Shown here piece after piece: positions 9,226 through 18,413 of a stretch of DNA of 64,000 bases. The stretch is from an uncultured Gammaproteobacteria bacterium (GTDB lineage: Bacteria; Patescibacteriota; Patescibacteriia; Magasanikbacterales; UBA922), in NCBI GenBank assembly GCA_964344965.1, contig CAYFPJ010000001.1, positions 22,771-86,770 on the forward strand. The letters are read 5' to 3'. The stretch's first letter is position 1; the number at the start of each line of letters is the position of its first letter. Position numbers and translations under genes: made by a program. The notes under the pieces were generated by a model, which did not search any database, was not told the origin of the DNA, and was given only the letters and a program-made list of their open reading frames with translations.

Positions 9226-9387
9226 TCAGGTGACCATCGCCGCAACGATGGCCGCCAGGATGGCGACACGGAGGACGTGCATGGCGACGCGCCATGCACG
9301 AGTTCGCCGGATGGGCTCGGTGAGCCACCCGACGAACGAAGCTGCTGCCCACAAGAGGAGCAGCAGCATGATCACCACGAACCACAT
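9226..9387 (-). CDS. small hydrophobic protein (53 aa) inside a high-GC island, preceded by a perfect AGGAGG Shine-Dalgarno sequence
   Basis: The minus-strand ATG at 9387 is preceded by AGGAGGAACAA. The product is MWFVVIMLLLLLWAAASFVGWLTEPIRRTRAWRVAMHVLRVAILAAIVAAMVT. Local GC is far above the window average. Confidence 0.45.
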   Translation of the reverse strand: MWFVVIMLLLLLWAAASFVGWLTEPIRRTRAWRVAMHVLRVAILAAIVAAMVT

Positions 9388-9631
9388 TTGTTCCTCCTGT
9401 GGGTCTGGGTGAAGAAAAAGCACATTTTTGTAAATATATCTTTTCTTCACCCTATTTTTTCTAAAAATAGACTATTAAATATAACATGCTTTAGCCGTTT
9501 TGTCAACTTTTATGATCAAAAAACTTGCTTATCTTAGCAAAAAATGATAAATTACAGGCATAAGGTTTAAGATTTAAGACATAAGAATTTTCTTATCTTA
9601 TACCTTAAGTTTTATTTCTTATTTCTAAAAT

Positions 9632-10924
9632 ATGCATATTTTAATCAAAGATATCTCTAAGCATGTTGATCAAGAAGTGACGATCAAAGGCTGGCTCTAC
9701 AACAAGCGTTCTTCAGGTAAGATTGCCTTCCTTGAGTTGCGTGATGGGTCGGGGTTTATCCAAGCTATTGTTTCTCAGGCAGAAGTTAGTGAGCAAATTT
9801 GGCAAGATGTCGACAAGACTACCCAAGAATCTGCAGTAATCGTCACTGGAAAAGTTAGTAAACATCCCAAAAAAGAAAATATTTTTGAGTTGCAAGTTAC
9901 TGATTTTGTGCTGCATTCTCTTGCTCAGGAATATCCAATTACTAAGAAAGAACATGGCCCAGACTTCCTTCTCGACAATCGTCATCTCTGGCTCCGAAGT
10001 AAAAAGCAATGGGCTATCCAACGAGTCCGTGATGTAGTGATCCAGGCAATTTATGATTTTTATCATGCCAACGGATTTATAAAAATCGATACTCCAATCA
10101 TCACACCAAACGCATGTGAAGGAGCGACAACACTTTTTGGAATAGAGTATTTTGATCAGGGCGAAGTATTTCTCTCCCAATCTGGACAACTTTATCTCGA
10201 AGCAGCGATTATGTCTGTTGGTAGAGGATTTGATTTTGGTCCTACTTTTCGGGCAGAGAAAAGCAAAACCAAACGCCATCTGACAGAATTCTGGATGATG
10301 GATGCAGAGGCTGCTTATGTCGAACATGAGGAAAGCATGGAAATTCAAGAAAATATGATCGTATTTATTGTTGAGCAATGTCTTGAAAAATGTCAGCAAG
10401 AATTAGCTATCTTGGAGAGAGATCTCGAGCCACTTAAAAAAATACAAGCACCTTTCACTCGTTTGACCTATAGCGAAGCAATAGAAAAATTGAATTCACT
10501 CGGTTCAGATATAAAATTTGGTGAAGATCTTGGTAATGATGACGAAGGTACACTGACCCAGGATTCAGACGTGCCAGTATTTATTCACAAATGGCCCAAA
10601 GCAATCAAGCCATTCTATATGAAGCAAGATCCAGATAATCCAGAATTAGTGCTAAACAATGATCTAATAGGTACAGAAGGATCTGGAGAGCTAATCGGAG
10701 GATCTCAGCGTGAGGATGATTATGAGATATTGAAAGCTGCTATTGAAAAAGAAGGTCTAGAAGGAGAAGAATATCAGTGGTACCTAGATCTTCGCAAGTA
10801 TGGCTCTGTGCCTCATTCTGGCTTCGGTCTAGGATTAGAAAGGACTGTAGGGTGGATATGTGGTGTGAAGCACATCAGAGAGACTATCCCTTTCCCAAGA
10901 CTTATCAATAGAGTCAGACCTTAG
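9632..10924 (+). CDS. asnS: asparaginyl-tRNA synthetase (class IIb)
   Basis: N-terminal OB anticodon-binding domain and class II motifs (FRAEKSKTKRHLTEFWMMDAE, GSGELIGGSQRE, GFGLGLERTV). At 430 aa the length fits AsnRS rather than AspRS. Confidence 0.88.
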   Translation: MHILIKDISKHVDQEVTIKGWLYNKRSSGKIAFLELRDGSGFIQAIVSQAEVSEQIWQDVDKTTQESAVIVTGKVSKHPKKENIFELQVTDFVLHSLAQEYPITKKEHGPDFLLDNRHLWLRSKKQWAIQRVRDVVIQAIYDFYHANGFIKIDTPIITPNACEGATTLFGIEYFDQGEVFLSQSGQLYLEAAIMSVGRGFDFGPTFRAEKSKTKRHLTEFWMMDAEAAYVEHEESMEIQENMIVFIVEQCLEKCQQELAILERDLEPLKKIQAPFTRLTYSEAIEKLNSLGSDIKFGEDLGNDDEGTLTQDSDVPVFIHKWPKAIKPFYMKQDPDNPELVLNNDLIGTEGSGELIGGSQREDDYEILKAAIEKEGLEGEEYQWYLDLRKYGSVPHSGFGLGLERTVGWICGVKHIRETIPFPRLINRVRP

Positions 10925-10932
10925 ATTTTTGT

Positions 10933-12129
10933 ATGCCTGAAGGTGGTGGAAAACACGACATGGATCCCAAAGTTTCTGGACCAGATGATGCTGATTTTGT
11001 TGCTGCCCCGGAAGAAGAGGTGGTAGAGCAAGAAGCCAGATTTGAAGATGAGCCAACAGACGTTGCAGATTCGATAGAGAATGAAGAAGAGCGGGCTGTT
11101 CGACAGCAATCTCTGGAAGAGTTGAAAGCTGCTTATCTTGGCTATAGAATTAACCAAGACGGAAAAGAATTATCTTTTGCTGGGGCAATTGATAGAATTG
11201 AATCTCTAGCAGAAAAAATTTCTGGTTTTACTGCTGAAGAACAGTCTGAACAAGAAAATTACTCAGATGTGGATGGTGATGAATCAACCTTGGTTTATTC
11301 TGCCATAGACTCAAAGCTTAATGATATTTTTGTTTTTTCCTCTGAAAACGATTCAAGTAGAGAATTGAAAAGTAGTATTGAACAAAAATTTGATTCAGTA
11401 CTTGATAAAATCAAGAAGTTATTTTCTAGCGATGATACCATTGATGAACAAAAGATGGAGGAACAGATTAATAATATTTTGAAGAATTTTTTCAATTTTC
11501 TTGATAAATTATACAATAAATTGACCGCTGAGGGAGATGAAGAAGATGCTGCATCTTCTTTTAGAGAAGATTTGGCTACTTTAGATGAGGATGATTATTT
11601 CGATGATGAGCAAGAGGAAATAAAAGATGCTTCTCACTTACGTTTGGTTTCAACTGCTACTGATGATACAGATGAGAATAATGATGATGACGCAGCTGCG
11701 GCAGCTACCATGCTCCTTCTCAATAATGACGAAGCAGAAGGTTCCTTTGGTGCTGTAACAAAAGATCCTGAGATCGGCGAGAGGTGGAAGAAAATGATTG
11801 TCAGTGGATTTATGAACGGTTCTTTAATTAGAGAGAGTGACGGATCTTATAAAATGGAAGTTCGCAATCCGGTGATTCCATGGATTGCAGATAAGCCGGA
11901 AGAATTTTTCCGTAAGAATTATGAACGCCATGCCGGTGATCCAGAATATTTTTCTACCCGCCGTAATCCAGCTCGCGATGGAGAATTTTTTCCACGTGAG
12001 GTGTTTTTGGATGAGACTGGGACAGCATTAGACTTGTATATCAATGGACGATTTGATGAATTTGCCAGCACTGAGGCGGGGAAGAATTTTTATGCTGAGG
12101 AGCAGAGCCCCTTTGAGATAGCGGCATAG
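10933..12129 (+). CDS. hypothetical highly acidic protein (398 aa, D/E-rich)
   Basis: Complete ORF tightly following asnS. No recognisable domain. Confidence 0.55.
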   Translation: MPEGGGKHDMDPKVSGPDDADFVAAPEEEVVEQEARFEDEPTDVADSIENEEERAVRQQSLEELKAAYLGYRINQDGKELSFAGAIDRIESLAEKISGFTAEEQSEQENYSDVDGDESTLVYSAIDSKLNDIFVFSSENDSSRELKSSIEQKFDSVLDKIKKLFSSDDTIDEQKMEEQINNILKNFFNFLDKLYNKLTAEGDEEDAASSFREDLATLDEDDYFDDEQEEIKDASHLRLVSTATDDTDENNDDDAAAAATMLLLNNDEAEGSFGAVTKDPEIGERWKKMIVSGFMNGSLIRESDGSYKMEVRNPVIPWIADKPEEFFRKNYERHAGDPEYFSTRRNPARDGEFFPREVFLDETGTALDLYINGRFDEFASTEAGKNFYAEEQSPFEIAA

Positions 12130-12186
12130 AATGTATTTGCGAAATTACGAAAGGTGCGAAATATACGAACCATTAATAATACTAAA

Positions 12187-12256
12187 GGATTACCACCGAA
12201 AGGCGGTACCACGAAGATTGTGTGTGCTAGCCTGCCTTTCGGCAGGAATCCTAACG
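12187..12256. repeat. about 68-bp double-GNRA-hairpin element, copy 2 (reverse complement orientation of 5777-5846)
   Basis: The reverse complement reproduces aggattcctgccgaaaggcagg...accgcctttcggtgg..aatcc, with a different 22-nt centre. Confidence 0.7.
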
Positions 12257-12359
12257 TTTTGGTTGTTTTTTTGTACTTTTCGTAATTTTGCACATCTTAG
12301 ATATTTGCCAAAACTATATTATTTTGCTAAGATATTACTGTTAATTTAGCAAAATATTT

Positions 12360-14171
12360 ATGGAATATCGTACTCACAATTGTGGACAATTAAACACAAA
12401 ACAAGCTGGACAAGAAGTAATTCTTTCTGGTTGGGTACACCGTCGTCGAGACCTTGGTGGTCTTATTTTTATTGACCTCCGAGATCGTTATGGGATTACT
12501 CAGGTAGTTTTTCATCCTGATCAGTTGGCTGATTTTGCTGTAGCAGAAAGTCTGAAATACGAATACGTGGTCAGAGTAAAAGGTAAAATAGAAAACAGAA
12601 AGAAAGAAAATGTTAATAAAGATCTGAAGACTGGTGAGATTGAAGTGATGGCTACAGAACTGAGTGTCCTCAGTACAGCGAAGGCTATGCCTTTTGAGAT
12701 TTTTGAAACAAACAAAGGTGAAGAAGACGAAGAGCTGAGATTGAAATATCGTTTTCTTGAATTGCGTCGAGAAAGATTGCGTGAAAATATTATCTTCCGC
12801 GCCAAGATGGTCTCCCACATTCGTAAATATATGGACGAGCACGACTTTGTCCACATTGATACGCCAATCTTGACTGTTAGTTCACCAGAAGGGGCACGAG
12901 ATTTCCTCGTCCCATCTAGACTACATCCTGGTAAATTTTATGCCCTACCGCAAGCTCCGCAGCAGTACAAGCAGCTTTTGATGGTGGCTGGCTTTGATCG
13001 TTATTATCAGATTGCTCCTTGCATGCGTGATGAAGACCCGAGAGCCGACCGTTCTCCGGGAGAATTTTACCAGCTGGATTGTGAGACTAGTTTCATGAGT
13101 CAAGACGAGTTTTTTGAACTCATGGAACCCTTGTTTATCGAATTGACAGAAAAAGTTGCAGGTAAAAAAGTAAAATCAAAACCACTACCAAGGATTCCAT
13201 TCAAAGAGTGTATGGAGACTTATGGTAGTGACCGACCAGACTTGCGCTATGATCTTGAAATTCAAGAAGTAACAGAATGGGCCAAAGGAACAGACTTCAA
13301 AGTTTTCAACAGTGCAGAGCATGTCCGTGTTTTGGTGATCCCTGGAGGTGATAAATTTACTCGCAAAGAGATTGACAAAGAGTTTACAGATGTGGCCAAG
13401 AGAGCGCACGCCAAAGGACTGGCTTGGATGAAATATATAGATGGCAAGTTTGAAGGAGGGGTGAGTAAATTTTTTGATGATGATCAGCTAGAAAAGTTGT
13501 TGAATTTACTTAAGGCGAGACCCCCCTCCGACTCCCCCCTACAAGGGGGGAGGGAATCGGGTGGACTTGGGGATGCTATTCTTTTTTTCTCGGCTGATGA
13601 TTGGGAAGTGAGTTGTACAGCTCTTGGGGCGGTGAGGCATATGGCAGGAGAGAAGCTTGATCTGGCAGATCCAAATGAGGTTGCTTGGGCTTGGATAGTG
13701 GATTTTCCATTTTATGAGAAAGATGCGGAGACTGGCAAGATAGATTTTTCACACAATCCATTCTCAATGCCTCAAGGTGGTATGGAGACTCTAGAAAACA
13801 CAGATCCACTAGATATCAAGGCTTTTCAGTATGACATCATTGCTAATGGTCTTGAACTTAGCTCTGGCGGAGTACGAAACAAAGATCCAGAAATAATGTA
13901 CAAAGCATTTGAAATAGCTGGCTATACCAAGGAAGACGTGGATGCCAAATTTGGTCACATGATCAGAGCTTTTGAATTTGGTGCTCCTCCTCATTGTGGA
14001 TTTGCTCCTGGTATCGAGAGGATGGCTATGCTCCTCTTGGGAGAGAAAAATATTCGTAGCGTAGTTCCATTCCCCAAGAATCAAAAAGCAGAAGAACCAA
14101 TGGTGGGTAGTCCTGCTGAGGCCGATGAAGGGCAGTTGAAAGAATTAGGATTGGAAATAAAAAATATATGA
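12360..14171 (+). CDS. aspS: aspartyl-tRNA synthetase (bacterial type with GAD insertion)
   Basis: 603 aa. Motifs QQYKQLLMVAGFDRYYQIAPCMRDED, GGVRN, GFAPGIERM. Contains a GC-rich in-frame insert at about 13505-13562. Confidence 0.92.
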   Translation: MEYRTHNCGQLNTKQAGQEVILSGWVHRRRDLGGLIFIDLRDRYGITQVVFHPDQLADFAVAESLKYEYVVRVKGKIENRKKENVNKDLKTGEIEVMATELSVLSTAKAMPFEIFETNKGEEDEELRLKYRFLELRRERLRENIIFRAKMVSHIRKYMDEHDFVHIDTPILTVSSPEGARDFLVPSRLHPGKFYALPQAPQQYKQLLMVAGFDRYYQIAPCMRDEDPRADRSPGEFYQLDCETSFMSQDEFFELMEPLFIELTEKVAGKKVKSKPLPRIPFKECMETYGSDRPDLRYDLEIQEVTEWAKGTDFKVFNSAEHVRVLVIPGGDKFTRKEIDKEFTDVAKRAHAKGLAWMKYIDGKFEGGVSKFFDDDQLEKLLNLLKARPPSDSPLQGGRESGGLGDAILFFSADDWEVSCTALGAVRHMAGEKLDLADPNEVAWAWIVDFPFYEKDAETGKIDFSHNPFSMPQGGMETLENTDPLDIKAFQYDIIANGLELSSGGVRNKDPEIMYKAFEIAGYTKEDVDAKFGHMIRAFEFGAPPHCGFAPGIERMAMLLLGEKNIRSVVPFPKNQKAEEPMVGSPAEADEGQLKELGLEIKNI

Positions 14172-14529
14172 AAAGGTCTGGAGGATTAGAATATAAAAGT
14201 TCAAAGAGAAGTGCAGATAGCAGACTCTCTCAAGCCTTGGCTCATGCGAAAAGAGATTTACGCAATCATTTTGTTTCAAAAAACAGAGAGATAGACGAAG
14301 ATTTTTTTAATTCAGCGGGAACTCCCCGCCTGTTAAGGTGGGGATGAGAGTCAAATCCTGCTCAAGCAGGACAAGCCCAGCTTGAACTGTAGGCCTCAAG
14401 GCCACAAGTGCCACGGCTGTTAAGCCGTGGGTATCTACTGCTTTTCAGGAAAATGAGGCCCGACTTGCTTTTCAGGGAAATCCTCATGGGGATATCGAAA
14501 AACTAAGAGAAAAATTTTATCGTCCTGAT

Positions 14530-14721
14530 GTGACAGATCCGTCTCTGTGGCTAGAAGATACAAAAGGTAGGGTGATGGCAGAGCAGGCCCAGATTTTGGT
14601 GGGAGCGTTGGATATGGTGCGTAGTGGCAAGTCTAAGTCATTGGAGGTCTCACAAGCTTTGGCTTTGGCTGATTTGTTTATAAATCCTCCAAAAGACGTA
14701 TCTACTGGTGAATCATTTTAA
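14530..14721 (+). CDS. small hypothetical ORF (63 aa, GTG start) in a long intergenic region
   Basis: Only ORF-track support. Confidence 0.2.
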   Translation: MTDPSLWLEDTKGRVMAEQAQILVGALDMVRSGKSKSLEVSQALALADLFINPPKDVSTGESF

Positions 14722-14846
14722 AGTTTTTTAGAATAAAAATTACTATCCTCAGAGATAGTTTTTTATTGTATGAAGATAAAAAATATGCTATAATTATTTC
14801 GTTTTTTATGCCTTATTTTAGCAAAAATTTTGGAAATTATTGATTT

Positions 14847-15539
14847 ATGAATACTCCTATAAGCCTTGAGGAATTTAGTGGGCCACTTGATCTATTACTA
14901 TCTCTTGTACATGAAGAGAAGTTGGACATTACAGCTATTGCGCTTTCTCAGGTGACAGAACAATATATTGGCTATATAGAAGGTCTGGAGGAAAGTTCTG
15001 GTGAAGAGTTGGCTGACTTCGTAGTGGTGGCAGCCAGACTACTCCTCCTCAAATCTAGTAGACTAATGCCTCAGTTTGCGCCAGCAGAAGACGAAGGTCC
15101 AAGACTTGAAGATCAACTACGCTTATATCAGTCTTTTGTAAAAGCAAGCAAAGGTTTTAATCTTCTTTGGGAAAATGATAGGCAAAGTAGATTTCGTATC
15201 GAGCCACCACGGGTGTCGGAAGAATTTGTCATGCCAGCAAATACTACTCTAGCAAGCCTATACGAGTTCATGGTACAATTGATAAACCGGATCAAGCCTG
15301 CCAAACCATTACCGCAGACTCAGATTGACAGAGCAATATCCATCAAAGAAAAAATTGCAAATATTAGAAAATTGTTGAGAAGTAAAAAGAAGTTTAGTTT
15401 TCAGGAGGTACTAGAAGATTCAGAAAATAAGACAGATGTGATAGTAGGATTTTTGGCTTTACTCGAGCTGGTAAAACAAAAGCATGTGGGTCTAAAGCAA
15501 GAAGGTAATTTTGGGGATATTATGGTGAATCGGGCTTAA
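14847..15539 (+). CDS. scpA: segregation and condensation protein A
   Basis: N-terminus EEFSGPLDLLLSLVHEEKLDITAIALSQVTEQY is typical of the ScpA kleisin. Confidence 0.85.
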   Translation: MNTPISLEEFSGPLDLLLSLVHEEKLDITAIALSQVTEQYIGYIEGLEESSGEELADFVVVAARLLLLKSSRLMPQFAPAEDEGPRLEDQLRLYQSFVKASKGFNLLWENDRQSRFRIEPPRVSEEFVMPANTTLASLYEFMVQLINRIKPAKPLPQTQIDRAISIKEKIANIRKLLRSKKKFSFQEVLEDSENKTDVIVGFLALLELVKQKHVGLKQEGNFGDIMVNRA

Positions 15540-15584
15540 CACTTAAACACTTTAACACCTTAGCACTTAAACACTTGGTTTATT

Positions 15585-16121
15585 ATGAGTTCATTATTAT
15601 CAAAAATTGAGTCAATCCTCTTCGTAGCATCGAAGCCTTTGTCTTTCAAAAAGATTGCCAAAGCGGTGGGGAAGATGAGTGGAGAGGTGGCTCAGACGAT
15701 TGAGACTCTACAAATGAAATATAATAAAGAAGATTCTGGAATTCATTTGCTGGTGGAAGGAGAAACTGTTCAGATGGCCACTAATCCAAGTAATTCGGAT
15801 GTAATCGAGGGATTTGTAAAAGATCAGACCAGAGGAGAGCTGACTAAAGCTCAACTTGAGACTTTGACCGTGATAGCGTATCGCAGTCCCGTCACTCGTC
15901 CAGAATTGGAACAAATTAGAGGGGTGAATTGTGCTGTCATTATTCGAAATCTTCTTATAAGAGGTCTGATAAAAGAAAAGTCAGACAGTGACGCTCTTTT
16001 GCCAGAATATTCACTTTCTATAGAAGCTTTAAGTAATCTGGGTATTAGTTCTGTGAGTGAATTAAATAATTATGAAGATTTACATGCTCATGAGTATGTG
16101 GAGAACGTGGTAAATCAATAA
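15585..16121 (+). CDS. scpB: segregation and condensation protein B
   Basis: Winged-helix motif ETLTVIAYRSPVTRPELEQIRGV. Follows scpA. Confidence 0.85.
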   Translation: MSSLLSKIESILFVASKPLSFKKIAKAVGKMSGEVAQTIETLQMKYNKEDSGIHLLVEGETVQMATNPSNSDVIEGFVKDQTRGELTKAQLETLTVIAYRSPVTRPELEQIRGVNCAVIIRNLLIRGLIKEKSDSDALLPEYSLSIEALSNLGISSVSELNNYEDLHAHEYVENVVNQ

Positions 16122-16126
16122 ATAAT

Positions 16127-17158
16127 ATGGGAAATAATTTTTTGCAAATCGAACCAGGCAATGAAAGGTCTAATCGTTGGCGGAATTTTTTTGCTGTTTT
16201 TGTGGTTGCAACAGTATTTTTGACTGTAGGATTTTTTTCTACTGATTTGTCTACTAAATTTTTGATAAGTGGAGAAAAATTTGTAGAAAAAACTTTTCCA
16301 GTTTCTTCTGATCGAGAAGTGCAAGCCAGTGTAGGTGGAGATATAGTAGTGCAGCCAAAGAGAATTTTGTTGCCAGTTTTGGATGGAGATTTGCTTCCCT
16401 CTGACCAACTTACTGCCGCTAGTATATTTGCAAAAGATGTGGAGACTGGAGCAACTTTGTATGAAAAAAATACTTATCAGACAAGACCGATCGCTAGTAT
16501 AACTAAGCTGATGAGTGCTCTAGTAATTTTAGAAAAAAATCCAGATTGGGATTTGTCAGCTGTTGTTGTTTCAGACAATATACTTGATACTCATATGTAT
16601 GCTGGCGATACTTATACTCTTGATGAGCTATGGATTTCATCTCTGGTTGGTTCTTCCAATAAAGCCATCCTCACGCTTGCTGATGCTGTTGGTTGGCCAA
16701 GAGAAGCCTTTGTAGAACGCATGAACCAAAAGGCTCTAGAACTTGGAATGAGTGACAGTAACTTCGTTGATCCAACAGGTATAGAAGCTGGCAATATTGC
16801 TACTGCTTCTGATGTTGCTTTGCTTCTAGAAGAGAGTATGAGACAAGAAAAAATAGTAGAAGCATTGTTGACAAGAGAACAAGATTTGTATTCAAAAGAA
16901 AGAGAAAATTCCCACCATATTTGGAATACAAACTGGCTACTTCTTGGTTGGATTCCTCATACTCTCCCAGAAATACTTGGTGGTAAGACTGGTTATATTC
17001 CAGCTTCTGGATACAATTTTGCTATGCAAATCGTGAATGAGCAAGGGAAAATAATTGATGTCGTAGTGCTCGGGGCTGATGTTCATGAAGCCAGATTTAC
17101 CGAAGCTCGTGATGTGGCAGAATCTGTTTTTGGAAATTATACTTGGCCAGAAAATTAG
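16127..17158 (+). CDS. D-alanyl-D-alanine carboxypeptidase (S11 serine peptidase, PBP5/6-like)
   Basis: SxxK (ASITKLM), SxN (GSSNKA) and KTG (GGKTGYI) motifs in the correct order. N-terminal TM anchor. Confidence 0.8.
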   Translation: MGNNFLQIEPGNERSNRWRNFFAVFVVATVFLTVGFFSTDLSTKFLISGEKFVEKTFPVSSDREVQASVGGDIVVQPKRILLPVLDGDLLPSDQLTAASIFAKDVETGATLYEKNTYQTRPIASITKLMSALVILEKNPDWDLSAVVVSDNILDTHMYAGDTYTLDELWISSLVGSSNKAILTLADAVGWPREAFVERMNQKALELGMSDSNFVDPTGIEAGNIATASDVALLLEESMRQEKIVEALLTREQDLYSKERENSHHIWNTNWLLLGWIPHTLPEILGGKTGYIPASGYNFAMQIVNEQGKIIDVVVLGADVHEARFTEARDVAESVFGNYTWPEN

Positions 17159-17271
17159 GCACATAGGTAGATTTAGGTGCTTAGGTTATTAGGTTTTTGT
17201 GACTTGGTAATTTAAATTCCTAACAACCTAAAGACCTGTAGCCTATACTTACTTATACTTATCTAAGACCT

Positions 17272-17769
17272 ATGCTTAATCCCGTCGAATGGTTCACTAG
17301 CATCCCTCCTGAATGGGCAGTTTTTTTTCTGTCCATGATTCCTGTCACTGAACTTAGAGCTTCTATCCCTATTGGTATAGAGGTCTACAACCTTGCTGTA
17401 TGGAAAGTCTGGATTATTGCTGTTATTGGCGATCTTGTCCCAGCTTTATTTATTCTTTATTTTATTCCTTATGCTCATAAGTGGATAATGAAGAAAAAGT
17501 TTTTGGGACGTGTTTTGACTAAAAAACTTGAACATGCCGAAAAGGCTTTTGGTGGAAAATACCAAAAGTATGGAGCCATTGCTTTGGTTGTGTTTGTGGG
17601 AATACCCTTGCCAATGACTGGATCTTGGACAGGGTCACTGGCTGCATTTATATTTAATATTCCTTTCAAAAAGTCAGTACCTCTTATTACTGCTGGGATT
17701 TGCGTGGCAGCTACTTTGGTGACTTTGATTACATTGTTTGCTGGTGAAGCTATCCGTTCTGTAATATAA
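17272..17769 (+). CDS. small multi-pass membrane protein (COG2426-like putative small exporter family)
   Basis: 4 TM segments. The TELRASIP motif is reminiscent of COG2426 proteins. Low certainty. Confidence 0.4.
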   Translation: MLNPVEWFTSIPPEWAVFFLSMIPVTELRASIPIGIEVYNLAVWKVWIIAVIGDLVPALFILYFIPYAHKWIMKKKFLGRVLTKKLEHAEKAFGGKYQKYGAIALVVFVGIPLPMTGSWTGSLAAFIFNIPFKKSVPLITAGICVAATLVTLITLFAGEAIRSVI

Positions 17770-17773
17770 TTTT

Positions 17774-18397
17774 ATGAATAATATTGTCAGAAAAAGAGAA
17801 GAAGGAGAGCCAACAATGTTAAAAAATGGTGAGCCAAAAATAGTTTTTGAGGCTAGGATTGGGGCTGTGATAAATTTTCCTGTACTTGAAGACGCAGGAG
17901 AAGGCTATGTCCAAAAGATGTATGAAAAGTATGTCCGTTCACCGGGGACAAGAATTATAGCTCTCAGAGATGATAAAATTTATCTCCAAAAAGAAGATCG
18001 AGTAGAAAGTGAGAAAAAATGGGATTGGAGATTGCCTGGTGGGAAAGTAGTTGATTCCTTTGTTGCTTACAAAGAATATCTTAACAAGCCACTACCAGAA
18101 GAAATAGTATTTGAGGCTGCAAGAAAAGAATTACAAGAAGAAGCTCATCTTGATTCTGAAAATATGATGATCTTTGACAAAAAAATTTGTGGCACACTTG
18201 TGGAATGGGATCTTTACTATGTCATAGCCAAAGATGTGGTAGGTTTTGATTTTGAGGGAACACATGCGGAAGGTGAAGAGATTGGAGAATCGGGATGGTT
18301 TGAATTTTCAAAAGTTCTTGAGATGTGTCAGACTGGGGAGATATCTGAAGGTAGGACAGTGTCTGCTCTCCTGCAATTTATACATAAACAAAAATAA
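17774..18397 (+). CDS. Nudix-like hydrolase
   Basis: Partial Nudix box around RKELQEEAHL preceded by LPGGKV. Divergent. Confidence 0.45.
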   Translation: MNNIVRKREEGEPTMLKNGEPKIVFEARIGAVINFPVLEDAGEGYVQKMYEKYVRSPGTRIIALRDDKIYLQKEDRVESEKKWDWRLPGGKVVDSFVAYKEYLNKPLPEEIVFEAARKELQEEAHLDSENMMIFDKKICGTLVEWDLYYVIAKDVVGFDFEGTHAEGEEIGESGWFEFSKVLEMCQTGEISEGRTVSALLQFIHKQK

Positions 18398-18413
18398 TCC
18401 TGAATAGGATTAT

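Noticed and set aside
9154-9537. Plus-strand ORFs (127 aa and 72 aa) and other minus ORFs (87 aa, 70 aa) across the GC island
   Set aside because: High GC simply depletes stop codons. None has an RBS. The 53-aa minus-strand ORF with a perfect AGGAGG-N5-ATG is the only one with translation signals.
14168-14293. 41-aa ORF whose ATG overlaps the aspS stop codon (ATGA)
   Set aside because: On careful codon-by-codon reading it terminates after 41 aa at a TAG. It is too short and unremarkable to call, although translational coupling cannot be excluded.
14320-14500. tmRNA, SRP RNA, RNase P RNA or 6S RNA identity for the GC-rich structured segment
   Set aside because: I could not find the conserved signatures in the sequence: no tRNA-like 3' end with a T-arm and CCA; no GGAAGCAGC-type SRP domain IV; no P4 GGAAAGUCC. 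It is left as an unclassified candidate ncRNA.
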